From an uncultured Acidobacteriota bacterium (GTDB lineage Bacteria > Acidobacteriota > Thermoanaerobaculia > UBA5066 > DATFVB01): DNA of 64,000 nucleotides. The notes beneath the pieces are model-generated. The model ran no database searches, was not told where the DNA came from, and saw only the letters and a list, made by a program, of their open reading frames with translations. Where the stretch lies: NCBI GenBank assembly GCA_963813155.1, contig CAWEYG010000001.1, forward strand, positions 320,001 through 384,000, written 5' to 3'. Position numbers and translations under genes: made by a program. This document shows, piece after piece, positions 60,838-64,000 of the stretch; within the stretch, counting starts at the first letter, position 1, and every line of letters starts with the position of its first letter.

Positions 60838-62061
60838 ATGATGAAAAGATTGAAAAAACCTCCGGCTCTCCTGGCATTCGCACTTCTGTTGTTCCTGGCC
60901 ATTCCCGGCTCCTCGCGCCCCGCCTCCGCAAGCATCGGGGCGAGCGTGAGCGTATCCGGGTTTCACGGCGCGCTCGCGCCCTACGGAACGTGGGTCACCG
61001 TCGGAAACTACGGGCGGTGCTGGAGACCCGCGAGGGTGTCTTTCGGCTGGCAGCCGTACTCGAACGGCAGGTGGCTCTACACGGACTACGGGTGGACCTG
61101 GGCCTCGTACGACCCGTGGGGTGAGATTCCGTATCACTACGGAACGTGGGTCTACGATCCGGCCGACGGCTGGGTCTGGGTCCCGGGAACCGTGTGGGGC
61201 CCCGCGTGGGTAACGTGGTGCTCCACGGACGATTTCATCGGCTGGGCGCCGCTGGCACCGGGGTTCGTGTTCACGACATCGGGCTACTTTGGAAGGCCGA
61301 TCGTTTGCCCGACCTCGAGCTACGTCTTCGTGGCGACGCGCAGCTTCGTCGGAGTGAATGCGGCAAGCGTGCGAGTCGCGCCGAGCCAGAACGCGACACT
61401 GCTTCGCAGCGGAACGAAGACCACGCGTTTCTCCGTCGCGAATGGAGTGGTCCGGACGAGCGGGCCGGACCCGAAGCGAATCGAACGGGTCACCCATCGG
61501 GCAATCCGACCGACGAGCCTCTCGCGCGCAAACCTGCGGCCGACCCGGTTCAACGCCGCGCGTGGCTCGCGAATCGCTCTCACGACTCGCTCGTCCGCGA
61601 CGTCCCGGCCGGCGGTTTCGACGCGCGCCGCGGGCGAGCGGCAAGCGACCGCGCATGCAACGGCGCATTCGAATCGCTCGACGATGGTGCGCGGAAGGGT
61701 TCCGAAGGTTCAGGCCTCGCCGAACCGCGTTCTGTCGCACGCCCGCCCATCCGGGCACCCGAAGACCCTCGTGACCTCCGGTCGAAGGGTCGCGCCCCGG
61801 AAGCAGGCGGCTCCTCGGACTCGCGTCACGACGCTGCGGAGTTCTTCCGGACCTGCCCCGACACTCACTGCGACCTACCCGGTGACCGCGCAACACGGCG
61901 CGCGGGCGGTTGAACGGGCGCCGGCTCCTGTGGTCGCGCGCGAACGGCCCGTTGTCCACGCGGCGCCCCGGGTGGAATCGCGCCCGGCGGCGGCTCCCCG
62001 GATAGAAGCCCGGCACGGGCAGCCCTCGCCGCGAGCTTCGAGAAAGGAGGATGGTCGCTGA
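60838..62061 (+). CDS. DUF6600-like secreted protein with low-complexity basic tail
   Basis: Signal peptide; LAPYGTW, WQPYSNGRW, WGEIPYHYGTW, WGPAWV.W, IGWAPL. Confidence 0.8.
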   Translation: MMKRLKKPPALLAFALLLFLAIPGSSRPASASIGASVSVSGFHGALAPYGTWVTVGNYGRCWRPARVSFGWQPYSNGRWLYTDYGWTWASYDPWGEIPYHYGTWVYDPADGWVWVPGTVWGPAWVTWCSTDDFIGWAPLAPGFVFTTSGYFGRPIVCPTSSYVFVATRSFVGVNAASVRVAPSQNATLLRSGTKTTRFSVANGVVRTSGPDPKRIERVTHRAIRPTSLSRANLRPTRFNAARGSRIALTTRSSATSRPAVSTRAAGERQATAHATAHSNRSTMVRGRVPKVQASPNRVLSHARPSGHPKTLVTSGRRVAPRKQAAPRTRVTTLRSSSGPAPTLTATYPVTAQHGARAVERAPAPVVARERPVVHAAPRVESRPAAAPRIEARHGQPSPRASRKEDGR

Positions 62062-62081
62062 CGGAGTCCTTCCTCCGAATT

Positions 62082-62132
62082 CCCTCTCCCGGCGGGAGAG
62101 GGTGGTCGCCGACGGCGACCGGGTGAGGGGGG
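62082..62132. repeat. REP-like palindromic element (second copy, inverted)
   Basis: Reverse complement CCCCTCACCCGGTCGCC-GTC-GGCGACCACCCTCTCCC-GCC-GGGAGAGGG. Confidence 0.75.
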
Positions 62133-62133
62133 C

Positions 62134-62165
62134 AAAAAAGAAGCCCACAAGTTGCCTTGTGGGCT
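62134..62165 (-). terminator. rRNA operon terminator
   Basis: AGCCCACAA-GGCAAC-TTGTGGGCT followed by TCTTTTTT on the minus strand. Confidence 0.88.
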
Positions 62166-62178
62166 CTGAAATTTAATC

Positions 62179-62295
62179 CCCGGCGGCGTCCTACTCTCCC
62201 ACACAGTTTCCCGTGCAGTACCATCGGGGCTGAGGGGCTTAACTGCCGTGTTCGGAATGGGAACGGGTGGGACCCCCTCGCTAAAACCACCGAGA
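62179..62295 (-). rRNA. rrf: 5S rRNA
   Basis: About 117 nt containing CCCGTTCCCATTCCGAACACGG and GGAGAGTAGGACGCCGCCG. Confidence 0.96.
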
Positions 62296-62367
62296 AAATC
62301 GCGTACGAAGTTCTCAAAAGAATCGGGCTCACAAACAGACAGAATCGAAACGCACCTTAAATATTTT

Positions 62368-64000
<1,633 letters not shown>

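Overview
High-GC (roughly 65-70% by eye) bacterial chromosomal segment. The gene families (acidobacterial-type VWA protein, PufC-like diheme cytochrome, DUF4388 protein, 'YLPAVGRVPG' surface module) suggest Acidobacteriota, probably Thermoanaerobaculia; this is inference. It holds about 48 protein genes and the 3' end of an rRNA operon (partial 23S plus 5S, minus strand). Core genes are menC/NSAR, hemB, hemL, uvrA, a class A PBP, groES-groEL with a perfect CIRCE, and sufT. Accessory blocks include dispersed glycosylation genes, a LytS/LytTR pair with an AlgR-like direct repeat upstream of a PufC-like cytochrome, a Spy/ECF sigma/anti-sigma/Tat-ferritin cluster, cyanophycin genes (cphB-cphA), and a porin-acs-ABC transporter-sufT-MFS cluster that may be an undescribed carboxylate uptake system. 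At least seven genes carry apparent small frameshifts, most likely long-read assembly errors; one creates a false HK-RR fusion. Many genes look leaderless (-10 hexamer 6-7 nt before the start codon). No CRISPR array, transposase, integrase, tRNA or prophage was seen. Family names come from motif recognition by eye; no database searches were run.
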